Source: a virus
Taxonomy: Duplodnaviria; Heunggongvirae; Uroviricota; Caudoviricetes
DNA: 64,000 bases
IMG/VR virus record: IMGVR_UViG_3300036790_000223
Strand: one strand, 5' to 3'
Positions within the stretch are counted from its first letter, which is position 1, and every line of letters starts with the position of its first letter. This document shows, piece by piece, positions 26,358 to 36,162 of this stretch. Below the pieces are notes generated by a model. It was not told the DNA's origin. It did no database searches and saw only the letters and a program-made list of their open reading frames with translations. The translations under genes and the position numbers were made by a program.

Positions 26358-26918
26358 ATGGACAGAGAAAAGATGCGTCACCGTTATGTGCAGGGCGAGG
26401 GCCGCAATTGCTCCAAGTGCAACCTGGTGCACACCATCGTGCCCCGCAGCGAGGTGCTGGATGAGCTGGCGGCGGTGTGGAACGCCGGTACCCACTGGTT
26501 CACCCCGGCCACCGGGCAGATGCTGCTGACCGCTGCGGAGTACATGGAGAACGTGGCCGACATGCTTTACCTGGATGCACCGGAGAGCTGCCTGGTGATC
26601 AGCCCGCCGCTGATGGACTACTACGTCTGCCAGCTGCCCGAGGTGCTGCCGCCGGATCTGGCGTCGGGCATCTTCACCGTCCCGGTCACCACCCCGCGTG
26701 AGAAGATGGCCCTGGCCTTCCCGGGTCACTTCGGTGATGACGGGGAGGGTCTGGAGGCCATGCCTGAGGACGCCAAGGTCCTGGTGCCCATCGGGGAGGG
26801 GGAGACCAAGGCCGGGTTCTCGCCCCTGATGCTGGACGTGATGGCCTGGGCTGACCCAGGCATGGCGATGGAGGTGGCCGAGTGGCTGGCCGCCAACCGT
26901 GTGGAACCACCCGAGTAA
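26358..26918 (+). CDS. hypothetical protein
   Basis: ATG after AAAAGGAAGAGGAAAACGTG RBS-like stretch; 186 aa. Confidence 0.5.
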   Translation: MDREKMRHRYVQGEGRNCSKCNLVHTIVPRSEVLDELAAVWNAGTHWFTPATGQMLLTAAEYMENVADMLYLDAPESCLVISPPLMDYYVCQLPEVLPPDLASGIFTVPVTTPREKMALAFPGHFGDDGEGLEAMPEDAKVLVPIGEGETKAGFSPLMLDVMAWADPGMAMEVAEWLAANRVEPPE

Positions 26919-26927
26919 CCCGTTTAC
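26915..26927. promoter_or_regulatory. GTAAACGGGTTAC motif copy (minus orientation)
   Basis: Intergenic between 26918 and 26988. Confidence 0.4.
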
Positions 26928-26987
26928 AAAAGGGCGGTCAGCGAGTACGCTTACCGCAGGGAAGGGAACTACGGAAGGGAAACCACC

Positions 26988-27311
26988 ATGGCTGCTGAGC
27001 ACAAGATCCTCAACACCCAGCAGGTTCTGGAAATGGCAGCCGCTGCCATCGACCACGACTTCAACCGTCAGCTGCCCACCGAGGTCATGCTGAAGCTGGA
27101 CGTCGATAAGTACCACATCGCGGTGCCCCGGCTGTTTGACCACACCCGCAACCGCGAAGGCGACCCCATGCACCACCGGGTCGAGCTGTTGCTCGGGCTG
27201 AAGGACCGCCGCGAGCCCGCACGTGTCTACCTGGACATTGCTGACGAGGACTGGGCCGGGTTCCCCTCGGCGGAAGAGGTCCTGGAGCGTGTCCGCGCAG
27301 AGGGGACGTGA
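26988..27311 (+). CDS. hypothetical protein
   Basis: 107-aa ORF. Confidence 0.45.
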   Translation: MAAEHKILNTQQVLEMAAAAIDHDFNRQLPTEVMLKLDVDKYHIAVPRLFDHTRNREGDPMHHRVELLLGLKDRREPARVYLDIADEDWAGFPSAEEVLERVRAEGT

Positions 27312-27317
27312 ACCTCC

Positions 27318-27749
27318 GTGCGCTTTGATGACGACGAGTCCGGTGGGGTTAGCTTCACCGGAACTCAGGCAGGGATGACCAACCAGCAGCGGGCAAAGGT
27401 ACGCGAGCTGCTGGTCGGCCTCGACCCGATGTGGGTTCACGCAGGTGACTGCCTGGGGGCCGACGCCCAGTTCATCGAAATCGTGGAAGAGGCCCTGCCG
27501 TCTGCCCAGACGTGCGGTCACCCGCCAGACGACGGGTCCAAGCGCGCCTTCTGCCGGTATGACTTCACGCAGCCGGAGGCGCCGTACCTGGAGCGGAACT
27601 GGGACATCGCGGTTCACGGCCGGGTCCTTATCGCGACCCCCAAGGAGCCGCAGGAGGTTCTGCGCTCTGGAACGTGGTCCACGGTCCGCTACGCCCGCAA
27701 GCTGGGCAAGGAAATCTTCATCGTCCGCCCCGACGGGACGCTGGCATGA
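27318..27749 (+). CDS. hypothetical protein (possible SLOG/Rossmann-like)
   Basis: VHAGDCLGADAQFIEIVEE...; assignment weak. Confidence 0.4.
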   Translation: MRFDDDESGGVSFTGTQAGMTNQQRAKVRELLVGLDPMWVHAGDCLGADAQFIEIVEEALPSAQTCGHPPDDGSKRAFCRYDFTQPEAPYLERNWDIAVHGRVLIATPKEPQEVLRSGTWSTVRYARKLGKEIFIVRPDGTLA

Positions 27750-27940
27750 AGACCATGGGCAGTTCGGTCCCGGCCTTCTGGAAGGGATTCACCGAAGGCT
27801 GGGCTGGCCGCCTGAACCACGAGCAGGTGGCGGTCAACCGCCGCGACCTGGAGCTGGTGATGCACTCGGTGAGCGTGGCACCCTGGGAAGACCCAGCGCT
27901 GCGCGGTGCGGTCAGGCGACTGCGGGAGGCACTCAAATGA
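27746..27940 (+). CDS. hypothetical small protein
   Basis: ATGA-overlapped chain of small genes. Confidence 0.4.
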   Translation: MKTMGSSVPAFWKGFTEGWAGRLNHEQVAVNRRDLELVMHSVSVAPWEDPALRGAVRRLREALK

Positions 27941-28272
27941 GGGGCCACCTGGTTGACGTGGGAACCGTGTACGGCTCGGCGGAGGAAGACATGGCTTACG
28001 CAAGGATCGGCTGGGACTCTGATGTCTACGTCTTCTCCGATGGCAAGATGCTGGGCTGCTACGGCTGCTGCCTCCACGGGCAGGCCATCAACGGCTACTT
28101 CGTGGACCACGCTTACCCCGATGCTCCGGTGCTCATGGCAGCGCACCTGACCCACCACCGCGAACATGGCGACAAAGTGCCAGACCACACATTTGAACGA
28201 CTGAGCGAAGAGGCTCTCCACCCCAGACAGGAACAGGAACAGGAAGAATCGGACCATGCCAAACCAGACTGA
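27937..28272 (+). CDS. hypothetical protein
   Basis: 111 aa; ATGA overlap. Confidence 0.45.
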   Translation: MRGHLVDVGTVYGSAEEDMAYARIGWDSDVYVFSDGKMLGCYGCCLHGQAINGYFVDHAYPDAPVLMAAHLTHHREHGDKVPDHTFERLSEEALHPRQEQEQEESDHAKPD

Positions 28273-29437
28273 ATTCCAGTGGTTTCAGCCACGAGCCCCC
28301 GACGACGACCAGGAGACCCTGGTCCTGCCTAAGGGCTGGCTGGCCGCACCGCACCGCCGCATCGTAGCGCTGGTGCCTGCCCACAACGAGGCAGCAGACA
28401 TCGCCGCGACCATCGAGTCGCTGCTGCATCAGACCCGCAAGATCGACGACATCGTGGTGGTGTCGGACAACTCGACCGACGCCACGGTGGACATCGCCTG
28501 CATGTATGACGTGACCGTGCTGGAGACGGTGGACAACACCCGCCGTAAGTCTGGTGCGCTCAACTACGCCTGGCACACCCGTGCCCGTGAGGCCGACATC
28601 GTGGTCTGCATCGACGGCGACACCCAGCTGCCAAAGCACGCGGTGGCCGACTGGGAGCGCGAGTTCGCCATGAACCCGCAACTGGGTGGCTCATCCAGCC
28701 AGCCCATCATGACCGGGTACGGATTCCTGCCCCGGTTGCAGCGGTTCGAGTTCTCCAAGAGCGTGCAGATGTCCCTGGCTCGTGGCTGGTGCCGCGTGGT
28801 CTCCGGGACTGGCTGTGCCTACCGGGGTGCTGCGCTGGCCGAGGCAGCCCGGCGCCCGGGGCAAGTTGGCCCGTGGACGTATGAGTCGGTGGTGGAGGAC
28901 TACCACCTGACCTACCGCATGCGCCAGGCCGGGTGGCATTGCGAGATGTCACCCACCGTGTGGTGCTGGACCGGCTCGATGACCTCGATCAAGGCCCTGT
29001 GGTACCAGCGCATCAAGTGGCAAGCCGGTACCTGTGCTGACTTGCTCACCTTTGGCTTCAACCGGCTGAACTGGCGCGAGTGGATGCAGCAGGGGTTCAT
29101 GCTGCTGTGCATTGCGTTCTGGGTGGTGTGGCTGTCGCTCAACGGCACCCAGGTAGCGACCGGCGGCTTCCACTTCAACCCGTTCTGGCAGTGCATCCCG
29201 CTGATCTTCGCGGCTATGGAGGTGATCCACGTCCGCATGATGCCGGAGCGCGACTGGAAGGACTACCTGCTCGCTGGCTGCCTGGTGCAGATGACGGTGT
29301 ACGCGATCCTGTCGACGGCGTGGGGCTCGGCCAGCTGGGTCAAGGTGCTGCGGGCCAAGATGGGCGACCTGTGGGCGCCGCAGTACCGCGCTGAGGGCAT
29401 GGCGGCTGAGGACATGAAGATCGGGGTGGGAGCATGA
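28256..29437 (+). CDS. processive family-2 glycosyltransferase (membrane-embedded synthase type)
   Basis: LVPAHNEA..SLL; VVSDNSTD; VVCIDGDTQL (DxD); QRIKW (QxxRW variant); 4-5 C-terminal TM helices. Confidence 0.8.
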   Translation: MPNQTEFQWFQPRAPDDDQETLVLPKGWLAAPHRRIVALVPAHNEAADIAATIESLLHQTRKIDDIVVVSDNSTDATVDIACMYDVTVLETVDNTRRKSGALNYAWHTRAREADIVVCIDGDTQLPKHAVADWEREFAMNPQLGGSSSQPIMTGYGFLPRLQRFEFSKSVQMSLARGWCRVVSGTGCAYRGAALAEAARRPGQVGPWTYESVVEDYHLTYRMRQAGWHCEMSPTVWCWTGSMTSIKALWYQRIKWQAGTCADLLTFGFNRLNWREWMQQGFMLLCIAFWVVWLSLNGTQVATGGFHFNPFWQCIPLIFAAMEVIHVRMMPERDWKDYLLAGCLVQMTVYAILSTAWGSASWVKVLRAKMGDLWAPQYRAEGMAAEDMKIGVGA

Positions 29438-30507
29438 CCCCGAACGTGACCTTCCGGCGGCGCATGCTGATCGCTGCCATGGCGGCCTTCGCGGTGGTGA
29501 TGATCGGCGTGGCTGCGGCGGTAACGAGTGCGGTGATCTCACAGCGCCCGGCCCCGCTGCCCGCTGCGCACGCACTGGCCAGCTACTCCCGGGTGCCCAT
29601 GCACTACATCGCGCACGCTCCGGCTGACGCGGTGCCGGTGCTGGTCTACCACGAGATGAACAACGGCTGCGCTGCCACCGCACCCACCTGCAAGACCGCC
29701 AAGGACTACGAGACGGTCTCCACGGCGCAGTTCCGGGCTGAGATGGCCTGGATGTATGCCCACGGGTACCACACCGTCACCGTGAGCCAGTACCTGGCCT
29801 GGGTGGCTAACCGGGATACCCCGCTGCCCACCCGTCCGTTCCTGATCACGGTGGACAACGGGATTGCAAACTTCCTGGAGGGCGCACAGCCCATCTTGTG
29901 GCACTACCGCTACACCGCGACGGCGTTCTTGGTCACCGGGTTTGCCGATGCGGCCTCAGGCCAGTGCGCACCGCACATCATGGGCGTGAACGTCCAGCCT
30001 GGCTGCCCCGTATCCAGCAGTTACTGGGATGCAACCTGGCAGCAGCTGGAGGCCCTGAGCCCGGCGGTGTATAACTTCGGCATCGAGGCCGGGGCATCGG
30101 GCCACTACGTGCAGAACTACAACCACCACTGCCCGGCCTTCAACGCTTGCCTGCTGCCGGGTGAGACCTTCGCCCACTATGTGGCACGGGTCAAGCACGA
30201 GTATGCCGCTGGCATGGAGCAGATCCGCTCGCACCTGGGGAACCGCTTTGACCCGGGAGCCTGGGTGGTGCCGTACTCCGATCTCGGCTACCCCTGCCGC
30301 CCGGTTAGCTGCGCACTGGAAGCACACAACGACCATGGCTGGCTGATGGGGTTCGCGGCCCGGTGGTTCAAGGTCGCCTTTGTGCAGGACGCCTACCGCA
30401 ACGGCATCCGCCACGAGCGTTACCGCTACGAGGTGCATGCCACCACCACCTTGCGCGCATTCCGCGCAGCCCTTAACCGAGAAATGGGGGCCTTCAGATG
30501 GGCGTAA
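29434..30507 (+). CDS. polysaccharide deacetylase-like (CE4/NodB-type) with N-terminal TM anchor
   Basis: VLVYHEMNN, FLITVDNGIANFLE resembling TFDDG; His-rich; ATGA-coupled to the GT2. Confidence 0.6.
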   Translation: MTPNVTFRRRMLIAAMAAFAVVMIGVAAAVTSAVISQRPAPLPAAHALASYSRVPMHYIAHAPADAVPVLVYHEMNNGCAATAPTCKTAKDYETVSTAQFRAEMAWMYAHGYHTVTVSQYLAWVANRDTPLPTRPFLITVDNGIANFLEGAQPILWHYRYTATAFLVTGFADAASGQCAPHIMGVNVQPGCPVSSSYWDATWQQLEALSPAVYNFGIEAGASGHYVQNYNHHCPAFNACLLPGETFAHYVARVKHEYAAGMEQIRSHLGNRFDPGAWVVPYSDLGYPCRPVSCALEAHNDHGWLMGFAARWFKVAFVQDAYRNGIRHERYRYEVHATTTLRAFRAALNREMGAFRWA

Positions 30508-30691
30508 TCGAATGCGCACGCATCTTTCTGTACGCAACCACGATCCTGACGTTCGCCCTGGCGCTGACGACGATGCCCCGGCCGCGTGCACTCCGCAAGA
30601 GAAGTCGGTAGGGCGCCGCAAGGCCCTGGGCCTGTTGTTCGGGGCGGCGGCTAGTACACTGCTCGCGTCAGACACGAGAGGATTGGATTGC

Positions 30692-31498
30692 ATGGCAGCA
30701 CGTACCCGTACGGCGGCTGGCACCGCAGCAGCCGCAGCCACCCAGCCCGTTTGCAGCTGGGGGTCGCCCGCATCCACGCACCAGCCCCCGGCGGTCACTC
30801 CTCCGCCTGCCCCACCGTCTACCACGTTCACGTTCTTTGACGAGTTCAACGGTGCAGCCGGTTCACTGCCCGACGCCACTAAGTGGCTCTGGGATACCGG
30901 CCCCGGCCAGACCGTAGGCGGCAACAACGAGACCGAGGTCTACGTCAAGTCGGCCGCCAACTCCTACCTGGACGGCAACGGCCACCTGGTGATCGCGGCT
31001 ACGGCCTCAGGCACCACGCTCAACTCCGCCCGGATGAAGAGCAACTTCCATCAGCTGTTCGGCCACTGGGAGGCCAGCATCGCGGTCCCCAACGTGCCGG
31101 GCTGCTGGCCCGCGTTCTGGTTCCTGGGTCAGGGATCGTGGCCGGGCAGTGGCGAGATCGACGTGATGGAGAACTACGGCACCGGCTTCACCGAGGGCAC
31201 GATCTGGAACAGCACCGCCAGCGCCAGTAAGAGTGGCCGGGCGTCGAACCAGATGGACGGCGGGTTCCACACCTACCGGATGGACTGGGCGAAGGGGTCG
31301 GTGCAGTTGTTCTTCGACGGCACCCTCTACGCCTCAGCCACCTCCAGCAGCCTGACCCCGTGGCCGTTTGACACCAACGGGGGCAGCTACTGCCTGCTGA
31401 ACATCGCCACCAACGGCACCGGTACCGGCGGAGTGAGCCCGAATAAGGCTCTGCTGCCCGCGAAGATGCTGGTTGATTACGTGCACTGCTGGACGTAG
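30692..31498 (+). CDS. GH16-family beta-glucanase-like protein
   Basis: GSGEIDVMENYG catalytic motif (ExDxxE); start uncertain (ORF opens at 30380). Confidence 0.75.
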   Translation: MAARTRTAAGTAAAAATQPVCSWGSPASTHQPPAVTPPPAPPSTTFTFFDEFNGAAGSLPDATKWLWDTGPGQTVGGNNETEVYVKSAANSYLDGNGHLVIAATASGTTLNSARMKSNFHQLFGHWEASIAVPNVPGCWPAFWFLGQGSWPGSGEIDVMENYGTGFTEGTIWNSTASASKSGRASNQMDGGFHTYRMDWAKGSVQLFFDGTLYASATSSSLTPWPFDTNGGSYCLLNIATNGTGTGGVSPNKALLPAKMLVDYVHCWT

Positions 31499-31507
31499 AG
31501 AAAAGCG

Positions 31508-31553
31508 CCGCATAGCTTACCGCACTGCATCCCCTGCGCGGTAAGCTATGCGG
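31508..31553 (+). terminator. hairpin with 16-bp perfect arms after GH16 gene
   Basis: CCGCATAGCTTACCGC ... GCGGTAAGCTATGCGG. Confidence 0.45.
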
Positions 31554-31606
31554 GTAGGACCCCCGCCATAGGGGGAAGGAAGGGAATCAAGGGAAAGGAA
31601 GCAGGA

Positions 31607-32506
31607 ATGGTTTGGTTCGTTATTGCGATCATCCTCGCCGTGGTGGCTATCTGCGCCCTGATCTACGGGCTCGCTGCGGACGAGAAGGCCGGTGGCATTG
31701 CGCTGGCGGTCCTGTGTGGCGTCCTGGCGTTCGGGGTGTTCCTCATTTCCATTTCACGCGAGGTGCCTACCCGCTCTGTGGGTGTGCCGACCGCGTTTGG
31801 CAAGGTGGAGCCCCCGCTGCGTCCTGGTGTGCACTTTGGGGTGGCCCCGTGGACGAAGGTGAACATCCTGGATGAGACCATCCAGACCACCACGTTCGAG
31901 GGTAAGGACTGCCTGGACGTGCGCATCGGTGGCCAGCAGACCGCCTGCCTGGACGCAACCATTCAGTGGCGCGTGCTGGATTCAGGTGCCTCCGGCCTGT
32001 TCAACGACTACAACGGTGATGGCCCCTCGATCATGAGTGCCATCACCGACGCTGTGGTCATCCGGGAGCTGAAGCAGACCGTCAACAACGTTCTGGGGGA
32101 CTACAACCCCATCCAGGACGTAGCGGCCAACGCCACAGCAGGCAACAGCCAGTTCTCCACCTTTGGTCCTGTGGTCCTGCGCGACATGCGCACGGACCTG
32201 ACGGGCCGGGTGCAGGTGCTGAATGTGCTGATGCCATTGCTGCGCTACGACAACGCCACCCAGCAGCGGCTGAACCAGATTCAGCAGCAGTACGGGGAGA
32301 CGGCCATCGCCAAGCAGCAGATCATCACCAACGAGGCGCAGAACGAGGCCAACTCCAAGATCTCGGCCTCGCTGTCGCATGATCCGGGAGTGCTGCAGTA
32401 CCAGTGCCTGCAGATCGCCCAGACCGCCATCAAGGCTGGGGACAGTTCGGTGCAGCCGGGCTGGTGCTTCGGCTCCTCCGGTGTGATCGCCAACACCGGC
32501 AAGTAG
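31607..32506 (+). CDS. SPFH/band-7 (prohibitin/HflK-like) membrane protein
   Basis: N-terminal TM then SPFH core and coiled-coil tail; 299 aa. Confidence 0.75.
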   Translation: MVWFVIAIILAVVAICALIYGLAADEKAGGIALAVLCGVLAFGVFLISISREVPTRSVGVPTAFGKVEPPLRPGVHFGVAPWTKVNILDETIQTTTFEGKDCLDVRIGGQQTACLDATIQWRVLDSGASGLFNDYNGDGPSIMSAITDAVVIRELKQTVNNVLGDYNPIQDVAANATAGNSQFSTFGPVVLRDMRTDLTGRVQVLNVLMPLLRYDNATQQRLNQIQQQYGETAIAKQQIITNEAQNEANSKISASLSHDPGVLQYQCLQIAQTAIKAGDSSVQPGWCFGSSGVIANTGK

Positions 32507-32607
32507 GGCGCCACAAAGACCGCTCAGGGGGGTGGCTGGTGATCTGGAATAGGGGGGCGCCAGCCACCTCCATGAGCGTAGGATAAGGAAAAGGAAGGGA
32601 AATTGAG

Positions 32608-34029
32608 TTGAACGCCGCAGAGATCATCGCGGCCATGGGCGAGTTCGTCCCGCCAGGCCGCATCCAGCTGGACCCGTCGCAGCAGGCAGGCTTGCTGGCC
32701 TACACCGCTGACCTGTGTGATGCCAGCCCGAACGCCGAAAGTGAACGCCAGCGTTACCGCAGCGTGATCAGCCGCCAGATCCCCATGGACGAGGTCATGC
32801 TGCGGCACTGGCTGGCCGGTAAGACCATCCTGGTCACCGGGGGCACCGGCTGCATCGGTTCGGCGCTGGTGGGCCAGCTGACCCGCTATGGCGCCGCCCG
32901 GATCGTCAGCGTGAGCCGGGGGCTGACTAGCTGCTGGACCCGCTACAGCTCGGTGGATTACCTGAATGCCGACGTGCGTGACAGCAGCGGGTTGCTGCAG
33001 GTCTTCCGGAAGGTCCAGCCCGACATTGTGTTTCACCTGGCGGCTCAGCGTGAACCCGGTCTGGCCGAGCGTGAGGTGCACCGCACCGTGAGCACCAACG
33101 TGCTCGGTACGGCCAACGTGGCCGACCTGGCCGACTACTTTGGGGTGGCTGAGCTGATCCATGCCTCCACCGGCAAGGCGGTGCGCCCCTACTCCCGTGA
33201 GGTCTACACCGCGTCTAAGCGGGTAGCTGAGTGGGTCCTGGCGCAGACCGCAGCACGGTCGGAGGTGGCCATCGCCGCTGCCCGGTTCACCCACGTGGTA
33301 GACAACGCCGTGGTCTACCGCAACATCCAGCGCGCCGCTGCGGACAACACCACGCTGCGCATTCACGACCCGGGTATCGCCTTCTACGTGCAGTCCGCGC
33401 TGGAGAGCGCTCAGCTGCTGCTGCGGGCGGGGCTCGGGGCTATGTCCGGTGCGCTGAGCATCCTGGCCATCACCGACCTTGGCTGGCCGGTGAGCCTGCT
33501 GGATCTCACGCTCGGCACGCTGACCCACATGGGCACTGCGGCCCCGGTCTACTTCAGCGGGTACGACGCCGGGTATGAGGCGGTGCCGTTCCCGGGCCTG
33601 TATGACCCGCGCACCGCCGGAGACGTCAGTCCGCTGCTGAACTGCTTTGAGGCGCTGACCGTTGCTGAGTACGCCGGAGTGGACACCGCGCTGGCCCGCT
33701 ATGCAGCCTCATCAACGGAGGCAGGGGAGGCCGCCCTGCAGGAGCTGAGGGAGCTGTGTGCCGACACCGAAGACGGCCATGACCTGCGGGTCGGGCTCGA
33801 TATGCTGTTGTGGATAACCCTGGGGGCCACGCTGCGTGCAGCGCCGGAGCGGGCACTGCGGCGCGTGGAGGCCATCGCTGCACCGTTCAAGCAGACCATG
33901 AGCCGGGACTGCCGCCGGATTCTGTCGGCAGTGGAGTACTACGCGCAGAACGGAGAAGGGCGCGGTGCAGGGGCAGCAGGAGTTCACGTGGGCAGTTCCG
34001 TCGATGGAGCGGCTCGTCATCCCTACTGA
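32608..34029 (+). CDS. CapD-like NAD-dependent sugar epimerase/dehydratase (extended SDR)
   Basis: ILVTGGTGCIGSAL Rossmann motif; YTASK catalytic YxxxK; 473 aa. Confidence 0.75.
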   Translation: MNAAEIIAAMGEFVPPGRIQLDPSQQAGLLAYTADLCDASPNAESERQRYRSVISRQIPMDEVMLRHWLAGKTILVTGGTGCIGSALVGQLTRYGAARIVSVSRGLTSCWTRYSSVDYLNADVRDSSGLLQVFRKVQPDIVFHLAAQREPGLAEREVHRTVSTNVLGTANVADLADYFGVAELIHASTGKAVRPYSREVYTASKRVAEWVLAQTAARSEVAIAAARFTHVVDNAVVYRNIQRAAADNTTLRIHDPGIAFYVQSALESAQLLLRAGLGAMSGALSILAITDLGWPVSLLDLTLGTLTHMGTAAPVYFSGYDAGYEAVPFPGLYDPRTAGDVSPLLNCFEALTVAEYAGVDTALARYAASSTEAGEAALQELRELCADTEDGHDLRVGLDMLLWITLGATLRAAPERALRRVEAIAAPFKQTMSRDCRRILSAVEYYAQNGEGRGAGAAGVHVGSSVDGAARHPY

Positions 34030-34058
34030 CGTCCGGGAACCAGAAAGGAGGCAGGTCC

Positions 34059-34514
34059 GTGCGCATCGGTTCGGTGTCGTATTCCCGCGATGGCTACAGC
34101 CTGGAGGTCACCGAGATCCCGCTGCGGGTCCTGGTGATCCGCCGCCTGGGCGGCTGGGCACTGACGGCGACGGGGCACCTGTTCTGCTGCCATCTGCCTG
34201 AGTGGACCTACCGGGTTGGCTGGGGCTGGGACGCCGATTACGAGATCCTGGACCACAACCTGGGATCGTGGCTGTGGAACCGGATGACCAAGCTGGAGTG
34301 CTACGGCTACCGGCAGGAGAAGCAGCTGGCTGCTGTGCCTATCACCCGTGAGGTGGTGCTGGAGAACTTCCCCGAGTGGCGCAACAGCTGGCCGAACGAC
34401 GGTGAGGGCGACATGACCGATGAGGCTGCACCGGCCCTGCCCGATGAACCCACCCACGATGCCATGACCGTCAAGAAGAAGGACTACAGGGACCGGGACA
34501 GGCTGGTTCTGTAG
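34059..34514 (+). CDS. hypothetical protein
   Basis: GTG after AAAGGAGG RBS; 151 aa. Confidence 0.45.
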   Translation: MRIGSVSYSRDGYSLEVTEIPLRVLVIRRLGGWALTATGHLFCCHLPEWTYRVGWGWDADYEILDHNLGSWLWNRMTKLECYGYRQEKQLAAVPITREVVLENFPEWRNSWPNDGEGDMTDEAAPALPDEPTHDAMTVKKKDYRDRDRLVL

Positions 34515-34549
34515 CGGGAATATATCCAAGGGAAAGAGGGAACAGGAAA

Positions 34550-35146
34550 ATGCCAAAGGACAGATACACCGATTACGAGGGTGGCTACTCACCCACCCGC
34601 ACGGGCAACTCGGGCGCCACCATCACTGGCCGGGTTGAGCCCGATCCGCGCCCCCTGCCCGGTAACGTCACCATCATCAAGGGCCACCGCCGGGCCAGCG
34701 AGGTGTCGCGGCAGCGCTACATCTCCCACCTCAACACCCTGCATGCGCAGGGCCACATGAGCGAGCCGGAGTGGCATGCCCGGACCGACGCCGCACAGCA
34801 TGCTGAGGTCGAGGCTGACCTGGGTATGCTGCTGGGCGACCTGCCCCCGCTGCCCATGCCAGAGGAGCAGAAGGAAGCCAAGGCAAGCGCCAAGGCTGCA
34901 AAGAAAGCAGCGAAGGCATCCCTGCCCGGCCGCTGGAAGAGGTGGCCCATCTTGCGGGTGGCGGTCTACATCGCCACGATGGCGACCGGGTGGACCATCG
35001 CGTTCGGCCCGATGTCCTACATCCTCAACCTGAAGCACAACGTGCCGTGGGGGCCGGTTGTCATCACCCCGACGCTGCTCGGTGGCTGGGCCATAGCCAT
35101 CTTCGGGATTGTGCTGATCCTGCACGACTTTGGTGCGGACTGGTAA
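34550..35146 (+). CDS. DUF1707-like membrane protein
   Basis: N-terminal RASE..R..L..L....G.L...E region then 2 TM helices. Confidence 0.55.
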   Translation: MPKDRYTDYEGGYSPTRTGNSGATITGRVEPDPRPLPGNVTIIKGHRRASEVSRQRYISHLNTLHAQGHMSEPEWHARTDAAQHAEVEADLGMLLGDLPPLPMPEEQKEAKASAKAAKKAAKASLPGRWKRWPILRVAVYIATMATGWTIAFGPMSYILNLKHNVPWGPVVITPTLLGGWAIAIFGIVLILHDFGADW

Positions 35147-35158
35147 TACCGTGGCGGG

Positions 35159-35509
35159 GTGGACATCCCCGCAGCGGTGCGCCAGGCGGTCTATGAGCGC
35201 GACAACCGCCAGTGCGTCGGCTGCGGGGTGTCTATCTCGGGTGGCTGGTATTCCATCCAGCACCGGATGGCCCGGGGGACCGGTGGCACTAACGCCTTGT
35301 CCAACCTGGTGCTGCTGTGCGGCTCGGCCACCTCGCCGGGCTGCCACCGCCAGTGTGAAGACCGGCTGACTACCATGCGTGAGCGCGGACTATGGGTACC
35401 CAGCTGGGGCAATCCGGTGGAAACACCTATTACCGCCTGGGATGGGCGCGTAATATACCTCGCAGATGACGGCAGCTGGTCATTCACCATCAGGGAGGAA
35501 CAGGAATGA
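35159..35509 (+). CDS. HNH endonuclease
   Basis: CVGCGV...IQHRMARGTGGTNALSNLVLLC...CH. Confidence 0.7.
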   Translation: MDIPAAVRQAVYERDNRQCVGCGVSISGGWYSIQHRMARGTGGTNALSNLVLLCGSATSPGCHRQCEDRLTTMRERGLWVPSWGNPVETPITAWDGRVIYLADDGSWSFTIREEQE

Positions 35510-36162
35510 GCAAGAAGAAGGAGCCGCAGCCGGTACTGGTGGTGGCATTGCTGGACCGCACCGGATCAATGCAGAGCTGCAAGACCGATATCGAGGGTGC
35601 CTGGACCGCGCTGATCAATGACCAGCGTAAGGAGCCCGGCGAGCTGCGGGTCTCCTTGTATCAGTTTGATCACCACCTGGGCACGATGTGCCTGGACGTG
35701 GTGTATGAGGACAAAGACGTACACGAGGACGGCACTGAGCACCTGGTGCTTACCCCGCGTGGCATGACCCCGCTGTGGGATGCGGTAGGGGTCACCATCG
35801 CCCGCACCGATGCCATCGTGGCCAAGGCCAAGCCCAAGCCCAAAGTCGTACTCGTGGTGATGACGGACGGCCTCAACAACATGTCCCGCGAGTACACCCT
35901 GGCGCAGGTCCGCGCCCTGGTGGAGGCTCGGCAGGGGCAGGGCTGGACGGTGACCTTCTTGGCGGCTGGGCTGGGTGCGGCTGCGCAGGGCGCCGACATG
36001 GGCGTGGCTGGGGCAGCGGTGGTGGACTACGCCGAGGTCGGGCAGGCCGTGAACTCGGCGTCGGCCTACATCTCCCGGGGCCGGGCTGGAGGCCAGTCGG
36101 TGTGGGCGGCGGGCTATACAACCCAGGAGCGCGAAGCGGCGCAGGGAAAGGACGAGGAATGA
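35506..36162 (+). CDS. von Willebrand factor A (vWA) domain protein
   Basis: MIDAS DRTGS ... MTDG; 218 aa. Confidence 0.7.
   Translation: MSKKKEPQPVLVVALLDRTGSMQSCKTDIEGAWTALINDQRKEPGELRVSLYQFDHHLGTMCLDVVYEDKDVHEDGTEHLVLTPRGMTPLWDAVGVTIARTDAIVAKAKPKPKVVLVVMTDGLNNMSREYTLAQVRALVEARQGQGWTVTFLAAGLGAAAQGADMGVAGAAVVDYAEVGQAVNSASAYISRGRAGGQSVWAAGYTTQEREAAQGKDEE

Noticed and set aside
30498-30608. 37-aa hydrophobic peptide MGVIECARIFLYATTILTFALALTT... upstream of GH16
   Set aside because: Overlaps the deacetylase 3' end and lies within the uncertain GH16 start region; more likely part of the GH16 leader or non-coding
29539-30927. Minus-strand ORFs 29539-29904 and 29956-30927
   Set aside because: Antisense to the deacetylase and GH16 genes, both of which have recognisable catalytic motifs
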